From: Saccostrea cucullata
Taxonomy: Eukaryota
Assembly (NCBI RefSeq): GCF_032062105.1
Contig: NW_026927071.1
Location: forward strand, 186,001-250,000
DNA: 64,000 nucleotides
Reading direction: 5' to 3'
How positions within the stretch are numbered: the stretch's first letter is position 1; every line of letters starts with the position of its first letter. A model generated the notes under the pieces. The model was not told where the DNA came from. It did no database searches and was given only the letters and a program-made list of their open reading frames with translations. A program made the position numbers and the translations under genes. This document shows, piece by piece, positions 50,234-63,946 of this stretch.

Positions 50234-51174
50234 GGCCTGGAGACCAAAAGCTGAGAACAGACTTAGGTCAAAATTTTCAATTTTACATAACTTTTGAAAC
50301 CTTCATTATTTTCATTAATGAATAAGTAGGGATGTCAAAATAGTCAATAATTGATATTCGAACATTCGATAAAATAAATACATTTTGCAAAAGAAAAAAT
50401 ATATTTTTACTCTCCTGTCAACCAGTATACATATTATGTCATTATTATGGGATAAAATTTTAGGTAGAGTTTTGTAAATGCAAAGTAATTATTTTTAAAA
50501 AATGTTTCAGAATATACGAAGAGTACGCATCCAAAATGAAATGATTTTTTTTGGAAAATTCAAAAGTCTCTTTAATATGTTCCAGATTAATTAATTGATC
50601 GTCTTACCAAAGTCCACACTACCTACTCCTACAAATTTATACCACGCTAAACAATTATCTACAGAGAAAAAATTAAAGTCAATTAATTTTAGCTGATTAA
50701 TTTCCTGATAATTATTTTAATGATATATACATAAACAAGGGATCCATGTGTTTTCTGTAAAAGTGTGTCATTGCAACGATACAACCTTACAGCAATACAT
50801 ACTGATTGTAATTACTTGACACAGTTATACCACAAATTAAATGATCAAAGAATAATTTATTTTAATAGTTACACTCTTCACACTTTTAAAGTAATCGAAT
50901 AGGGGTATCTTTTAAAAAAATCAAATCTTATGCCTTGTCACCGGTACGACCTTGATTCAATTTCAAAGAAAAAAACTTGCCAGATTTTTCAATCTATTAA
51001 ATGCCTGTATACTTAAAAACCGAATATTCGAGTCATATATTTATATTCGAATATCAACTCATCGAATGAATATTCGAATATTCGTTGACATCCCTATAAA
51101 TAAGGTATTAAAAATCAAAATTTGGACTTGTAATAAGCATGATGAGTATGTTCTTAGTTAATGGTCTCCAGGCC
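50234..51174. mobile_element. MITE (ggcctggagacca TIRs) containing a nested hAT MITE at 50327-51096
   Basis: Outer TIRs ggcctggagacca and tggtctccaggcc. Inner TIRs tagggatgtcaa and ttgacatcccta, with TSD tgaataag/taaataag (7/8 match). Confidence 0.75.
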
Positions 51175-51872
51175 AGAATTATACTTATATAAAGAAATTG
51201 ACAGGGGATTTACTATATATTCCTAATGTAATTTAAAAGCTACAGCCACTTAAAAACGGTAACTGGTTTAGGAACAGTTTTCAGACAACACCTAGCGGCT
51301 TTAAACATCAGAAAAAGTTATTGTCTTTGGTGAGCTAATATTCAAATCTTTGTTATAATGTTTATTGAGTGGAGCACTTGAAATGATTACAGATTTTCAA
51401 CTTCTGCGATGTTTGTTTCCGGTACGGTGTGTCAACTTTTTACCCATACTTAAGAACCCTCTCTACACTGCGCATGAAAGAGTTCTGATTCCAAGGTATT
51501 TTTCTGCAGTTAGAGTGATCTGCCCTTAGATTTAAATTCTGAAAAATAGAAATTTACAATATTCATGTTATACCCAATTTGTAATCAATTCAAGTATTCT
51601 TAACATTTTAAAAGGCTAAAATACATTAAATGAATGTATTATGTACATGTATTTTCTCTACTGAAATAATTAATAGCGATTTCTATTCACTGATATTGTG
51701 TTGTCTTTCAACATTTTTCCCGGGGGTAAATGCCAAGCCAAATACATTGAAAATTGAACAAATAAGCTCAATATTAACACCTTTATACAATATATTTTTT
51801 TCAATGTCCAAAAAAAAAAATTTGCACTTGTGTAGAGAGGGTCCATAAGTTGCATTTATACATGCATTAATA

Positions 51873-52078
51873 CTGTAAAATCACATATTTTCGTGGGGTC
51901 AAATTTTCGTGGTTGAAGAAAAAATGTTAGTTTGTAGGGATTTGATTCCGTGGATGAAAAACTTTTTAGTAGTTGTGTATATGAAAATTGCATTTCGTGG
52001 TGGACAGGAATTCGTGGATCTCTTCATACCTCGAAAACAACAAAAATTAGACCCCCACGAAAATTAGTGATTTCACAG
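51873..52078. mobile_element. Tc1/pogo-like MITE with TA TSD
   Basis: TA-ctgtaaaatcacatattttcgtggggtc … gacccccacgaaaattagtgatttcacag-TA. Confidence 0.75.
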
Positions 52079-52151
52079 TATAAGAACATGCTCTACATAT
52101 GAAGAAATTCTGAAACGAACTACCGGTTAAATTATTTTCAATTACTTCAAC

Positions 52152-52780
52152 AAAGAGCGATATATGGTTCTTGTGTCTCAATTGGCCCCTTAAAATGAAT
52201 ATCTTAATTTTACTTTATATGTAGCTTTAAATTGTACAGCTATATATGCGACCTTTATTGGTCATTTTCATTTTGATATAAATGCCGTTATTTTAGAAAT
52301 ATGACATCATAAAAATCACGTTTTCCCGCCATTTTAGCATATTTTGTATAAAACTGCTTATTTTCAAGCAGTTTTTCTTCCTGAAAATATAGAGCGCAGC
52401 CTAGAACAAGCTCTGTATTTTTACCGAAGATGTATCTAAAAAATTCTCTGCCATCATATTTTTTCGAGCTCTCGTTATACAGCTCAACTGATTAGTGACA
52501 CAAAAATTATGTATGTTCTACACTGTGCTGTATGTTTCCCATAAGAAAAAACATCAAGAAAAGGGCATATTTTTGGCTTTTTTGTTAAGATAGCAAAAAT
52601 AGCATTATTTCTCATGTCATTTACAGCTAGTGAGTGCATATAAATATGAAAAATATATTGGAAATATTTCTGATATAATCTCTTCTACAAAGTAAATATC
52701 AATTAAACATATCTGAAAGTCATTCTACAATGTTGATTTTTAGGGGGCCAAAATTGGACCTTATCATATATACTCCTTTC
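52152..52780. mobile_element. Degenerate MITE, possibly Kolobok-like
   Basis: Imperfect inverted termini (…atatatgg…aattggccccttaaaat vs atttttagggggccaaaattgg…catatatactccttt). Absent from the paralogous segment at ~60900-60960. Confidence 0.5.
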
Positions 52781-55700
52781 TGAAAAAAAGAATATCAGCA
52801 GTCTCGTTTAAAGCCATCATTTCATAAGTTCTATGATCAATACTGTGACCTTGTCAGCAAATGAAATTTTCCATTAAGTCTTATGCTGATTGACGGTTTT
52901 TTTTATACTAACTGTTTGGTCATTATACACACCGTTATTTCCCGGTCATGACAAGGAGCACAGGGTGTGGATGTGACCGGTCAGCAAGGAATGCTCACTC
53001 CTCCATGGCATCTGGTCCCACCTCTTGTTTTGGAGGTATGTGTTTGCTCTGCTCTAATTTTGTATTCTTCAATGGACTTTTAAACTTAAAGTTGAACACA
53101 ATTTGTTAAAAAAAATTCTCTGCCATCATATTTTTTCGATCTCTCGTTATACAGCTCAACGCACTTTTCTAAGCTCACATGGTTTTTCGCACAAATTAAA
53201 GGTACTTGGACACAGATTTGAAGTTAATTATTTTCTCTATAATATTACGACTTATATATTTTAATAGCATTTCACACAAAAATTAATTAAAAATCATATT
53301 TCATATAAAAGATATTAAAATTTCAAATTTTTTGGCGGGTTTGATTGACACATCCTTGCACTTTTACAAATTAATTTTGTTCTTAATTCTTAGGAAAAGT
53401 GGCAATCTCGTTGTGTATAAATGAAAAATATTAATACTATAATCCAGAAAATTCAGAGTAGACATGTTGGAAAGCAAAACAAACACACAATATAAAAATA
53501 TTAAAATATATAAGTCGTAATATTATAGAGAAAATATTGACTTCAAATCTATCAAAATCAAAATCAAAATTATATTTTTCATAATGTTGAAAGTATATGC
53601 ATCTTCCTCATGTTCATTCCCAACACAACAGAATTGTAAAGTATCAGAATTCGGGAATTTATAATAATTCCACATCAGCACGACAAACATGAACAATTTG
53701 TAAATAATTCAAATTATACGGAAACACATTTCACACACAAGATATTATGTCATGTATAAACAAGGGATTGTCTATCGTATCTAATTATGCGTCATTAATT
53801 GCATTCACATTCATCTTGTGCATAAAATCAAATTTATTTATGAATGTATAAATAATATAATGATAAAAATGTCTAAAATTTCGACTAAAAAACCCTCTCT
53901 CTCTTTTTTATCAATTCATACATATTTGCAGAATATGTCTTCAACATTTTAGCAGAGACAATGATAATTTCAGGATTACAGCTTATGAGAGAACGTAGCT
54001 GTTGATCGTTTAATTTCGCTAAGTCATCAATATTTTACCATTTCTTGGCGACTTCAAAAGGGGGGGGGGGGGGGGCTAAAGGCTCCTTGACCACCTCTGA
54101 CAAAACAACCTCGACTGTGTTCTGCATGTGTCCAAGAGACCTCTCCTTTCACAATCATTGAATTAAATGTTAATTTAAGTTTTTTGCTATACGTCTTTGA
54201 ATGTTACGGTCAGTTAAACACGGTTATATATTTTTAATTGTAGGGAAGATTTATTCATCAAATAAAAATTACATAGGTATACAAAAAGCAACCTGTTATT
54301 TTCTAACACAATATGATACTACAAGTATTGAAACTAAAACACACATGTAATATTGTGGATGTCAGAAGTGTTTTATACTTAACTTATAGCATAATTGTTT
54401 TCAGAAATAGTTCCATATAACTCTTAAACTTACGCTTTTATCAAATTTCACTTTGTTGAGTAAAAAAGTGGAAAAGTCTTAATTCACCACTAAGAATTTT
54501 ATAATAAAAATTTGCACTTTATTTGTATGATGTAAGAGGTGATAATGACGAACGGTTACCATTCATAAAATATCCTGCCCACAAAACAAGAGGTTAAAAC
54601 CACGTACCCCCTTGAACAAAGTGAGTGGGATTATACTTGTCGAAGCGAGTAAAAATCTTTTACACTGGTCGTGGTATAGAGTAAAACTTGGCTATATAAC
54701 GAAGTTGCTGACACTGTTAATTTACTTCGCTATATCCCTGAATTCGTTATATCCGAGTTCGTACTGAAGGAGTTTTACTGTATAAGTGTGGGCATGGTGT
54801 AAATATCTCCCAGCTACTTTTCTCAAGAGCGTGCTCTAATTACAACTACAAAGTTTTAAAAATCCACTAGGCTACTCAAAGATAATGTTATTTCGTCAAT
54901 GTTAAGGGTTTCCGTTTGCATTTATTTTAATTTCGTACACAACCCAGTCCATATAATTAAAGAAAAAATATATTTTGTTAAACATTGTTAAATTCATCAA
55001 AAAACACTCAAATAAATAGAGTTGTATGATTGATTAAACAAATTGATGACTAATTTTTGACCACGTCTTTAACAGATCGTGAACAGCAATTAAGTACTGG
55101 TAGTAAATTTATTAATTTATTGGAAATGTATTGTCCAAAATAGTTTCAATTAATGGAAGATTAAATAAAATTAGGACGGCGTTGATAGGTTAATTGATTA
55201 CTTAAAAATATTGTATAAACTTTGACATTAAGAAAATAAATTCATTGCTCTTACAATCCTTGATTCTATGAAGACGATCTCAAAAGGAAAGTGGAGTGAG
55301 CTTTTTATGCCCCTGGATCGAAAGATCCCACCTCTGATATTCTGGAGGTCCGGGTTTGCTCTGTATTTTGTATTTTTTATGGACATTAGTTCTTGAATAT
55401 TGTTTGTTATTTCTGTTTCATAAAAGAAATAAACAAATCTTGTTACATTCGTAGTGTAACAAGTAAACATAGATCGATCAACTAAAAACTATAAATGAAG
55501 ACGGCATAAAACAGGGACTCTTAGAAATTCCGAGGGTAAGATCAGGTGTCTACGAGTATTAAGCATTCCCTGTTGACTATTTACCCGCTGTGAGCCCTAT
55601 GTTTTATAAGGTAGACGGAACTTTGGAGTCAAATTCAGTTATAACGTAGGAGTAACAATGTCATATTCTATTCATCATTAAGCCAAATGCTGGCTGACGT

Positions 55701-56592
55701 TTATCATATTTATTGTAAAGCAATTTTAAGGCAATTATTTGCACACTGAATTGTACACAGATTTTTCCTTTACTTCCCGGCCCGATTACAAGAAGGAGCA
55801 CATGGCGGCTCTGACTGGTCGGCAAGTGATGCTCTCGCCTCCATGCATGATACCTGATCCCACCTCTGATGTTTTTTTTATGTCCTTGTCTGCTCTGCTC
55901 CAATTTCAAATTGTTTAATGGACTTTCGAGCTTGAATACTATACTTTAGATTGGAGATAACCAATGAATCTTACAGCAAAGTAATTTTCATTTCCAGTGA
56001 GTTTTAAACATTGTGAAGCTAACGGATATAACAAATAACATTGAATTTTATAATGAAAAACAAAATCACCCATCATCGGCAATTTGTTAGAAGAAAGTTT
56101 TACTGAATGTAATGGTTACAAGAATTTATTGCTATCAATGCAGCATTTTCTGAGTGTAAGAGTAACTAAATTTTTTTTAATCAGATTTATGATCAGTCAA
56201 TTTATAGCAGTCATGTTTCAAAACTTTTATAAATGCTCAATGTTCTTGTCCTTATTTAACATATGAAAACTTTCATTTTGCAGTGGTGAATAAATATCTT
56301 CATTTACTATAAAAACAATTTTCAATCAAAAGTATAGGAAAAAATATTGAATCTACATTAGAAGAACTGTGTAAGTTCAAAAATATTTAGAACATATACA
56401 ATATTTATAGAATATTTTCAAAGCAGGAAGCTTGATAAGTTTGAATATTTTAAATAAAAAGTTCTTTGCATAGTGATATACATATGACAGAGTTACCGTA
56501 TTTAGCCTTCGTAATTGTTCAATGCCGTACTATTATATTTATGTTAACAACATAAAGAAGTTGCAATTATTTTTTAAACTGTTATTTGATCA

Positions 56593-56737
56593 AAGGAAAG
56601 ACGGGCCTTGAAAGCTGCAGTATCACTGTCAATGGGTGACCTTCAAGATGATCAAAAGTGGGTCAAGGACAAATTGAATGATATTCACTCAGTAGACGAC
56701 AGAAGAATCATCTTCAAAGAAACGAAAACTTGAATGA
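56593..56737 (+). pseudogene. Orphan duplicate of the RPP30 last exon
   Basis: Near-identical to 46096-46241, but the acceptor is altered (atcag|agg became atcaaagg) and there is a 2-bp deletion (gtagagacg became gtagacg). Confidence 0.85.
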
Positions 56738-58484
56738 CGTTCAGAAGTCTTGTATTAATGGACACAAACAACAGAATGAATGATAGACTTGCCAGGTTTT
56801 ATTCACATGACGTAAAAACTCTACAATGTATTGTAAATTAATGACTCTGTGGGCATTGATATTCCGTTATCTATAGAAAAGGAGTGAAAATGAAATAAAG
56901 AAGAATACAACATTTGATGGAGAAAGGTTTGTCATCAAGTCAGGAATTTAATTTTTGTCTACCTAATGTTAGGCTTTCGATGGTGTTTTGAATTATTGTG
57001 AACAGACAACGCACGTAATTGGTTTTTCATTAATATAGGGAGGACATTTCAAACTTCCACATTTGGCCAACACGCTGTAAAACAGATAACCATTATCATT
57101 TCTTGTCCCTCCTCCCATAATCTGCTCGGGGTTGTCGTCCACGCACGTGTAGAACCCACGTGATGTGCCACTGGAGTGACTCTCTGATGATAGATATCCG
57201 TGATACTCTTCTGTCCACCCCTGTAGACACCGATTTCTTCCAGGAATCATGAGTATGTGTGTACCTGTTTTTAATTGACAGTAACTGGCAAGGGACATGT
57301 ATTATTGTTTTTGTAAAGTTTTGTCATCAAAGTTTGTATTAATTTCAAAGCAAACATGATTTGAAGTTGGTAATGTCAAGACAAAAAAAGAGAAATAAAA
57401 TACTAATTCTTTTGCACCATGCAAATTGGCAAACTCTGAGGGTTTTTTTCGGTTTCCCCACAACACATCAAATGTTAGACATAAAGGATTAGCGGCTCCT
57501 CCCTTTGCATTGTACATTGTCCCACCAGCTTGTCCTATGTTAATATATAAACAGTATTTTATAAATCAATTTTTTACTACTATAACTGTTTCGTGTAAGT
57601 AATTGGTGTAGGAATAGAAAATTCTTTAGTTTTTCATTATATGTCCAATGGAATTGCATTGCATTCAGACTATAGCTTAGAATTTTATCATGACAGTATT
57701 CCACATCCTTTTTAAAAACTTTTAATGGCAATACTATCCTTCCATCACTAACAAGAGTTGATCATACGAATTGAATAGAACTTCACTATTGTTAAGCAAA
57801 TAAAAAATAATCCAGGAAATCATATGGATATGGAAAAAATATGCTTCATACTAAATGCTCAAAATTCACATAAAATATTTAAAGTAATTGACTTGAATAC
57901 TATTGAAATCTAATTTTTTTCAATGAAGTCTATCAGAGCCTTATGAATTTATCTTCAAAGATTTAACTGAATATTGATAGCATGCCTAGAAGCAACGGAA
58001 AGTAATAATAAATGCTCAGTAAATGAGAAAATGACAATTAATAATTAAAGTTCTTTTTAAAGATGACATATCTCTCTGATAAGAGAGATAATTTTTAAAG
58101 AAAATTACGTATTCAAACCAATCAAATGGATTGTCTTTCCAGAAAATATTATGGTGATATAAAAAATTAATGATCTTTCTGCTCACCATGTCAAATTTTA
58201 TATATTTTATTACCAGCATAAACTAAAGTTGATCCATTGCTGCAGGTACTTTTCCCCCATCTCACATAAGTTGGAGTTCCATCTAAAATATGTACAAATT
58301 ATTTTTGTTATGTATATATACACGTAGTACTCAACGAAATTCTAACAAAAATTTCTTTTAAAAAGTTAATTTCAGCCTGACTTTTTAAAAGAATTTCTTT
58401 TTCGCAAGAAACGCAGTGACTTATAATTAATGACTGCATGTACATGTGTGTACTTGCAAGTTAAGTAGTCAGTCAAATTATTTC

Positions 58485-58572
58485 TAGCTGCAGAACTGTA
58501 GCTCTCCAAAAAAAATATTTTGTCTCCGGTCTGACAAAATCTTTTTTTCGGAGAGCTACAGTTTTGCAGCTA
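58485..58572. mobile_element. 88-bp palindromic mini-MITE with ~9-bp TSD (Mutator-like)
   Basis: tagctgcagaactgtagctctcc…ggagagctacagttttgcagcta with flanks aattatttc/aatcatttc. The empty site is present in the paralog at ~48945. Confidence 0.8.
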
Positions 58573-59274
58573 AATCATTTCAAAAGATAGAATACGAACA
58601 CAATTTCCCCGCTACTGTCATGCAGAAGGACAGTTTCTAGACCACAAGTCTCTCAAGTGAACTATTACTACATGGTTTTGTCCGTTGTTTGTTTGTTATT
58701 AAACGTCCCTCTGGAGAATTTGTCATTAATGGAGACGCTGCAAGTTGCCAGTGGAGAGCTGCAAATTTTGTCCTATACTCGCACTCGGGGTCCGTGAGCA
58801 GTGAGGAATCTTTTTCGTGCCAGCACCTACTGCGACACGGGACCTCGGTTTATACCGTCTTATCCGATGGACCAGTCTCCATGATCGACAGTAACGTACC
58901 CGCGACGTAAGGTTACTAGTACTCACTTTGCGACTCTAAAGCTACTACTGCGCCACACGGGCGACTTTTTGTCCGTTGTAGTGGTTGTACTGCGTAATGC
59001 AAATGTTCATATTACGTCTGTTTTAAAGTTTGAACATTTTCAGTTATTAACAAAGTCTTAACAACTGAGCAATGTTTCAATATATTTTACGAAGGTACAA
59101 GTATTTACCAAAATCCTTGTTTCTAGCTTTCTGATAACAGAACCATTAAAAGATGAATAAAATTGTTAAAAATCTTCTTGACTCCAAGAAGTCTAATATC
59201 ACAGTTGTATTATGTAAATATTTCTGAGAAACATTTTTCAAATACTGGTATTTCTTACAAACTTACTATTAAAT

Positions 59275-59410
59275 CACAGGAGTTCGCGTACCTATCAATT
59301 TCACCGAAATTTTCAGTAATTCTTTTAAAAAAATACGTCATACCTATAATTAGACATTTTTTTATGTACTGAAAATTTCGGTTAAATTGATAGGTACACC
59401 AACTCTTCTG
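59275..59410. mobile_element. 136-bp palindromic mini-MITE with CA…TG ends and ~7-bp TSD (P-like)
   Basis: gtacctatcaatttcaccgaaattttcagta and tactgaaaatttcggttaaattgataggtac; flanks attaaat/attagat. Empty site in the paralog at ~49647. Confidence 0.75.
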
Positions 59411-62400
59411 ATTAGATTATGGACACTCACTTGTACTTGTTCTTGTATCATAGTTGCTTTTATAATCCAGAGTGATCGTTTTATTGACGCAATCATTTGT
59501 CTTCTTCCACTCTTCCACCTCTTTTGTTAAATCTTTTAAAGTTCTCTCAAGCGACATTCGAATCAAGGTTTCCTGGTTTAGTAACTGTCGGACAGCATCG
59601 AGTTCTTGCTTCACGTCAGAATACTTGCATTTCTCGGTCGTTACGCTGTTTTGTAAAGAAAGTTCCCCATTTATGACCAAGAAAGAGCTCAGATAGAGGA
59701 GAATAGGTATTGTAATCATCTCTATGGTGGTAACTCTCTACTCAGTGCAGTATGAAACTACTTCGCATTATTTCAGACCAATGTATTTTATAAGATGCAT
59801 TTAAGTATACGTCTAAAACATGGTGTAATCTGGAAACAATGGACTGTATCACTCACCAGAATAATGGAAAAAGTCTTCAAACGATTTGTAAAGATTGATA
59901 ATTATATAATACTTCAATTTATGATTTGACTAGGAATGAAATTGAGTTAAAAAATCCCCATTCCCCCAACTAGCATGCGCATTTAAATAAAACATAACGA
60001 ATTCAAGATCAAACTCCATAAAACAATACAAATTAGGAGCAGAGCAAACACGGACCTCCGAAACATCAAGGGTGGGATCAGTGCCATGGAAGAGTGAGCA
60101 TTTCCTGCCGACCCGTCACACCCGCGCCGTGCGCTCCTTGTCATGATCGGGAAATAACGGAAAAAAACCGTCGCCAATTCAGTGTATAAATAATGGACTA
60201 ACAATTAGTATGAAAAATGTAAGTCAGCATTTGCCTCGATGATAAATTGTATTTGCTGATAGGTTCATTGTATCGACCATAGAACTTACGAAATGATGAC
60301 TTTAAACGAGGGTTCTGATATTCTTGTTTCATCAAGATTTTCATATATTTTAAATTAATTTTATACCTGATAAAGCTGTGTGTCCTTCATTATTCTATAA
60401 ACATGATCAAGATATTGACAGGGAATTTCATTTTTATCCCTAATTAAAATACAACCACTCAGAAAAGGTTAAAGTGTTGAGAAAAGAGTTTTCAGACAGA
60501 ACACCAGAGGCTTTTAACATCAGAATATTATATTATCTTGTGGCTTTGGTGAGCTAAAATTCTAATCTGTTATAATGTTTTAAAAGTGTTAACTGAGTAA
60601 AACACTTAAAATATTTACAGATTCTTGACTTCTGCGTCAATGTGTTTGTCCGGTACGGTGTGTCAAAACTTCCTTTATTACTCTGCTTCGGAAATTGGAG
60701 CATTCGACGCTAAAGAAAAAAAATGGAATTACTCATATTTAGTTGGCATACATATGCAAGTACGATCGTGATGATTTAAATTTTTCAATGGTAAACTTCC
60801 CCTACTAGTGAAGCAATTTACCTGCATTAATATTGCCTGCATAAAGAATTTCTATCTCTCAGCTGATTCTCAAAAACATGCTCTATATATGAAGAATTTC
60901 TTAAACGAAGTACCGGATAAATTATTGGCAAACAAGTTGAATCAAGAATATCAGAAATCTCGTTTAAAGTCATCATTTCATAAGTTCTATGATTAATACA
61001 ATGACCTTGTAAGCAAATGTAGTTTTCCATTGAGTCTAATGCTGATTGACGTTTTTAATTCTAATTGTTAGGTTATTATCTATTCACTGAATTGGTGACG
61101 CATTTCATTTCCTGTTATGTTCCGATCATGACAAGGAGCAGACGGCGGGTATGACCGGTCGGCAAGGGATGCTCATTGCTCCATTGCATCTTGTTCCACC
61201 TCTTATATTTTGGAGGTCTGTGTTTGGTTTGCTCCAATTTTGTATTCTTTGAACTCAAAGCTATTGATTGATTTGATGTTGTTGACTCATTTTCACTATA
61301 TGAAGACGCCACTACTCGCCGATGGGGGGGGGGGGGGGGGCTGCAAATTTTGTCCTATACTTGGCACTCATGACATTAAGCATGGAAGATTTTTTTTTTC
61401 GTGTCAGCAACTACTGCGAGATGGCGCCTCGGTTTATACGGTCTCATCCGAAGGACCGGTCTCTTGTCCCACAGTGGGATTCAAACTCGCGAAGTAAAGA
61501 GCAGACGCTCTAAGCACTGCTCCACGTAGGCGAACTCAGAGCCATAGAGAAATTAGGGATCTTTTTCGTGGCAACACCTGCTCCAAAACGGGACCTGGGT
61601 TTTATGGTCTCGTGCGAAGGACCAGTTTCCATGACCCGTAGTGAATTCGAACCCGCGAATTAAGGTTGTGTTAATATCTTCCACGCATCATAGGTAGAGA
61701 ATGAATCTAGAAATAAAACCTTGAGCAAAAAAGTGCAATTTTAAATAGAAAAACTGTTCGTTATCTCCACATCTTTCATTTGAACTTCAAGACTAGTTTA
61801 TATAATATTAAATACAGTAATGTTGCCAAGATGTAAGCTATGACATCTACCTTTTTTAAAGAAACGTTTCCCTGATCCAGTTGGATTCTAAGAAATCGTC
61901 AATTTCTACAAGATAACCGCCCTATTTTTCATATACAATCTGTAAAGGTTATCAATGTACATCTCTGACATCATCTGTCCTGTTGTATTTATTTCCTTAT
62001 TTTAGTTCATTACATATTCAAATATTATAATATTCAAATATTATAATAACAACAATACAAAGTTATGATTTTGTTATATTTTTACACAAGCATTGTCACA
62101 TAAAGAATTTAATAAATAAATTAAGGTAATTCCACCCTCCTATGATGTCATATGTTTTTGCAAAAACTGTAATTAGTTTAAATTTATACCTAATAGAACA
62201 ATATCTTTTGGAGAATGCTTAGGCACAATAGGTGTAATGATAAATATTGTTAAGTAAATTTTTTTTTAAAAATGCATATTTTCTTTATTTAATCAATTAT
62301 TTAATCTTTAAAAATGTTGACAAGGTCAATAACTGCATCTAAGGTCTCTTCATTCAGGCATTTGTTTTATTGTACTTCTAATGTAAAATAGTTTCCCTGA

Positions 62401-62684
62401 TATTTACAATTCAAAACTATCTTATAAGAAGGAAGTGTTTAGGAACATTCAGCATCAAAATTAAGCATTTCAACCAGTTTTTACATATTTTTCATAATAC
62501 TGATTACAAAAAATGTGCGATTTTTTATGTTGACATACACTTCTGTTTATTCATGTTTCGCATCTTAAATAAAATGGTGACCTTTACATTTTTTGCAACA
62601 ACTGGAAAATTTAAAGTATATTAACTGAAAAAAAATGCAGTTTTTATACTTTAAACCATTAAAATTGTGAGGGTGGAAACACCT

Positions 62685-62902
62685 TTAGCCTGTCTGATGA
62701 TTTTTTGTATATTGCACACTCGATATTGTTTTATTGTTGCTAACATCCTTGGTGATCACTTTGTGACACAGTCATTGTTCTTCTTTAATTCCTCCACTTC
62801 TTTTGTTAAATCTTTTAATGTTTTCTTTTGCGACATTCGAATCAAAGTTTCCTGATTAAGTTACTGTCTGACAGCATCCAGTTTTTGGTTGACATCAGAA
62901 TA
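62685..62902 (-). pseudogene. C4-like gene copy 3: isolated, truncated exon-1 relic
   Basis: YSDVNQKLDAVRQ*LNQETLIRMS…DCVTK* contains in-frame stops. Homology ends abruptly at ~62903. Confidence 0.8.
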
Positions 62903-63946
62903 TACTTATAGTACAAGTATTGGATCACGCGGGTTTTTATTGAAAAATCACAATTTATTGTGGACAAACTGATCATTCGGATTCTAAACATATCGGTTTT
63001 TATCTATGTTTAGATAACTAACAACTAATCCTACACATATTTAGATAAAATACATTTTTAGAAAAAAAAATCATAGGTATCCACACATATTTAGTAATAA
63101 AAATCATAGATATCCAGGCTTTTGAAAAAATTACACAGTTTTTATACATATAAAGTACTTTTTATTAATTCGATTATTTTACAATGCCTAGTGTATAAAG
63201 ATTTTCCTATCATTACAAAACACCATTAATCACTTCTTATTTCATATCATGTTAATAAACATTGGTATCTATGGTAAAATTAAAATAAACCTCAATTTCT
63301 CTAAATATGTAATTTTATAATACGTTTATGAGGTAAAAATTTTGACTTTTTATAGGACCTTTTTGAGAACTTCAAAAAAACTTTGAAAGACCTAAAAGAA
63401 AATTATAGAAGATAGACACCGAAACACAAATGTTTATAAATACATATATTAAATATTATTTTGACATATAGATATTTTGATCATTTCATTTCATTATAAC
63501 GATAATTATAAAGATTTAACAGTTTATTGATATCCACCCCCTACCAACCATCCTTTGTGCATGTATTATAAAAGATATAAACACAATATTTATATGTATT
63601 CTTAAAGTAAAACTGTCTTATAAGAATTTAACACAAAATCACAATTTAACGTAAGGTAAAGGTCACGATGTGTAAATATTATTTTTATGACTCAAAAGCA
63701 TACCTAAGATAAATAATAATTTAAATAATTCATGATCGAAATTAAGAAATAATGCTTGCACTTTTTATTCAGTAGATATGTAAGATTTTATGAACTTTAT
63801 CACTGTTTACGACATTTCACTAATTTTTCAGGTATCTGACATTTCCGGCAAACTTTTGCACGAAGAGTTATTCGAAGTACTCAGACTGAAAGGCAATGGT
63901 TCTTTTTCTTTTGCTAAACAGTGTAAACTATCGAAAATAATCAGAG

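Larger units (their letters stand above)
56993..59719 (-). pseudogene. C4-like gene copy 2, probably a pseudogene
   Basis: Exons 59719-59431, 58282-58214, ~57534-56993. The original ATG is now ATA. In exon 3 an unrelated ~110-bp segment (~57300-57410) replaces EYETNFWG… and introduces a stop and frameshift. Confidence 0.8.
56077..61265 (+). repeat. Segmental duplicate of ~45537-53100
   Basis: Collinear homology across the end of the last RPP30 intron, the last RPP30 exon, the C4-like gene, the SINE and upstream blocks (e.g. 51160-51440 vs 60410-60670; 52790-53100 vs 60945-61265). Confidence 0.9.

Noticed and set aside
57300-57410. Novel intron rescuing C4-like copy 2
   Set aside because: I found no suitable GT-AG pair that restores the frame and the missing conserved residues.
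62903-63870. Tc1-like element truncating C4-like copy 3
   Set aside because: The candidate TIRs match only loosely and the exon does not resume on the far side.
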